From Octopus sinensis (Eukaryota), in NCBI RefSeq assembly GCF_006345805.1, contig NW_021828408.1:1-8856 (forward strand): a DNA stretch of 8,856 nt, in the 5' to 3' direction. The notes under the pieces were generated by a model that did not search any database, had not been told where the DNA came from, and was given only the letters and a program-made list of their open reading frames with translations. A program made the position numbers and the translations under genes. This document shows positions 7,410 to 8,856 of the stretch, one piece after another; the stretch's first letter is position 1; every line of letters starts with the position of its first letter.

Positions 7410-8423
7410 GTAGGTTATTGTGATCTATTTGGGTTGAATCTTTCCCGCTATTAGCAACCGATGGATAACATTATGCAAAGGAAGAGAAGAGGTGATTGGA
7501 TTGGAATCCATTAACTTTCAATACAGGTTGATAGATTATAGATTGTAGATTATAGGTTGCTATCTAACATTAACCGGAAATAATCATCTTCGTCAACCTA
7601 TCTGAATGCAACTTTCAGCATTAAGCATGAGAGTGTGGTCGACTGCAATCAAGAGGACGGCCATTGCGCAACACTGCGTGTCTAAGACTACCTTATCCTC
7701 TGTATACTACCATGGTGCTTTTAACTCCTTCCTGCCACCTTATGAATGTTGAACACTCGTGCTTGTCCATATTGAAAGAGAAAGCCGCTTAAAATTACTT
7801 ATTAAAATATCAAATATGTGTAACTTTGGATGTTACTCTCTTCACAGTATCAACGCATTGTCTGGCGATGTACGTTTAATAAAACAACTAAAACAAGATA
7901 CCTCTCTATTATTATATTCAGAATAAGCGCACAAGCGTAAATTTTATTTTAAGGTCCCAGATCAACAATGATTGAGAAAGTAAAAGACGTCCCACTTATG
8001 ATCATCCAAGCTTTCATTTTTTAAATGTATCTAAGACTACATTATCTAATTTATCCGACATTTTTTTAAACAAGACAGCCTGGTGTCATTTAAGGGTGAT
8101 TTGGGTGCTATCGTTAGCAGATCGAGCAACCAACCAGAGTTTGGTTTGTTAGCTGTGACTCAAATCTGTTCCGATCTATCACACTTAAGATGAAAGGCGT
8201 TCTAGCCATGGCAGATTTGTCTTTGTGTAACTAAGACTACCTTGAACAAATGTGTGACTCATTTTTATGTCTGTATAGCGTTACATAATGGAGAATGTTT
8301 CAGTTTTTTCTAGCAAGACGGGTGACCAGTATGAGCGTTTTTTTCCCCTCTTGTGTCCAGTTTGGTATAATCATAAACGTGGCAACGAATGAAATAAAAT
8401 AATATACCAGTCATATACTATGT

Positions 8424-8545
8424 CTACTGTTTTAGTTCGAGTGATCGCATTGCGTTCTCTGGATTGCTCAGGTTGTTGTATTTGTTGTTCTTATTTGTGC
8501 AATGGTCTCCGATAGTTGCTGTCGGAGACGGTATTAGAATTTCAT
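8424..8545 (-). CDS. Candidate terminal coding exon of an unidentified gene: (D)EILIPSPTATIGDHCTNKNNKYNNLSNPENAMRSLELKQ*
   Basis: On the minus strand, an acceptor ctctaatctttcAG (with CTAAT branch-like motif) ends at 8546. Of the three frames entering the exon, only phase 1 is open (39 codons, then TAG at 8426-8424). No homology support. Confidence 0.4.
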
Positions 8546-8619
8546 CTGAAAGATTAGAGGTAGCAAATACAAACATCTTCACACAGCAAAACTAACAAAA
8601 ATGAAAGAGAAAAACTCAC

Positions 8620-8638
8620 CTCCATCTTCAATGCTTCC
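8620..8638 (-). CDS. Candidate 19-nt exon (GSIEDG plus the first base of D)
   Basis: Minus strand reads tacatttcatAG|GGAAGCATTGAAGATGGAG|GTGAGT, a consensus donor. A 74-nt intron (8619-8546) joins it to the exon above in a phase-compatible way. Confidence 0.35.
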
Positions 8639-8739
8639 CTATGAAATGTATTTGTTTTGAAATTGAATGAATGTACCAATGTATTTCAAGCAATGTATGT
8701 CATGCTTTTGGAGTATGGAAAATAAATATAAAATAAAGA

Positions 8740-8809
8740 GACGGAGAGAGCGAGAATATAACATAGGGAAAGAGAAAGACAGAAAAAGGAGAAGGAAGAT
8801 AAGAAAGAG

Positions 8810-8849
<40 letters not shown>

Positions 8850-8850
8850 T
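8740..8850. repeat. Purine-rich tract ending in (GA)n microsatellite
   Basis: Read directly. Confidence 0.93.
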
Positions 8851-8856
8851 ATGTGT

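Noticed and set aside
6148-7454. Hydrophobic ORFs (6148-6444, 7254-7454) as a membrane protein or mitochondrial insertion
   Set aside because: The ORFs cross MITE/repeat junctions. TAA stops remain even when TGA is read as Trp, and no mitochondrial gene or rRNA motif is recognisable. Hydrophobicity reflects T-richness.
7532-7552. (TAGATTR)x3 short tandem repeat
   Set aside because: Ordinary slippage-type repeat with no further structure.
1-8856. CRISPR array, tRNA or rRNA genes
   Set aside because: No regularly spaced repeat-spacer array, no cloverleaf or A/B-box SINE head, and no rRNA signature seen.

Overview
AT-rich, microsatellite-dense eukaryotic DNA. The SINE-like and MITE families look like those I recall from octopus genomes; that taxon call is from memory, not a search. 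Contents, left to right: (1) the decayed 3' half of a CR1-group LINE (frameshifted RT, 3' UTR hairpin, 8-bp tandem tail; 1-1583). (2) Three partial copies of one SINE-like family, two forming a head-to-head inverted pair with 161-bp arms (2371-2722). (3) Two copies of a mariner-type MITE and one pogo/Tigger-type MITE. (4) Many simple repeats. (5) A possible gene 3' end on the minus strand (8424-8638). The main result is a ~485-bp tandem repeat of ~2.2 copies (6307-7392). Each full unit carries a + strand type I hammerhead ribozyme fold: CUGAUGA and GAAA core, GUA cleavage triplet, 7-bp stem I, very long stem II and a near-palindromic stem III. The predicted cuts at 6772/6773 and 7258/7259 would release a 486-nt, hairpin-rich monomer. 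This matches the architecture of a non-LTR retrozyme (circRNA-forming ribozyme retroelement), with an atypical A10.1-C11.1 pair. Catalytic activity and expression are untested.
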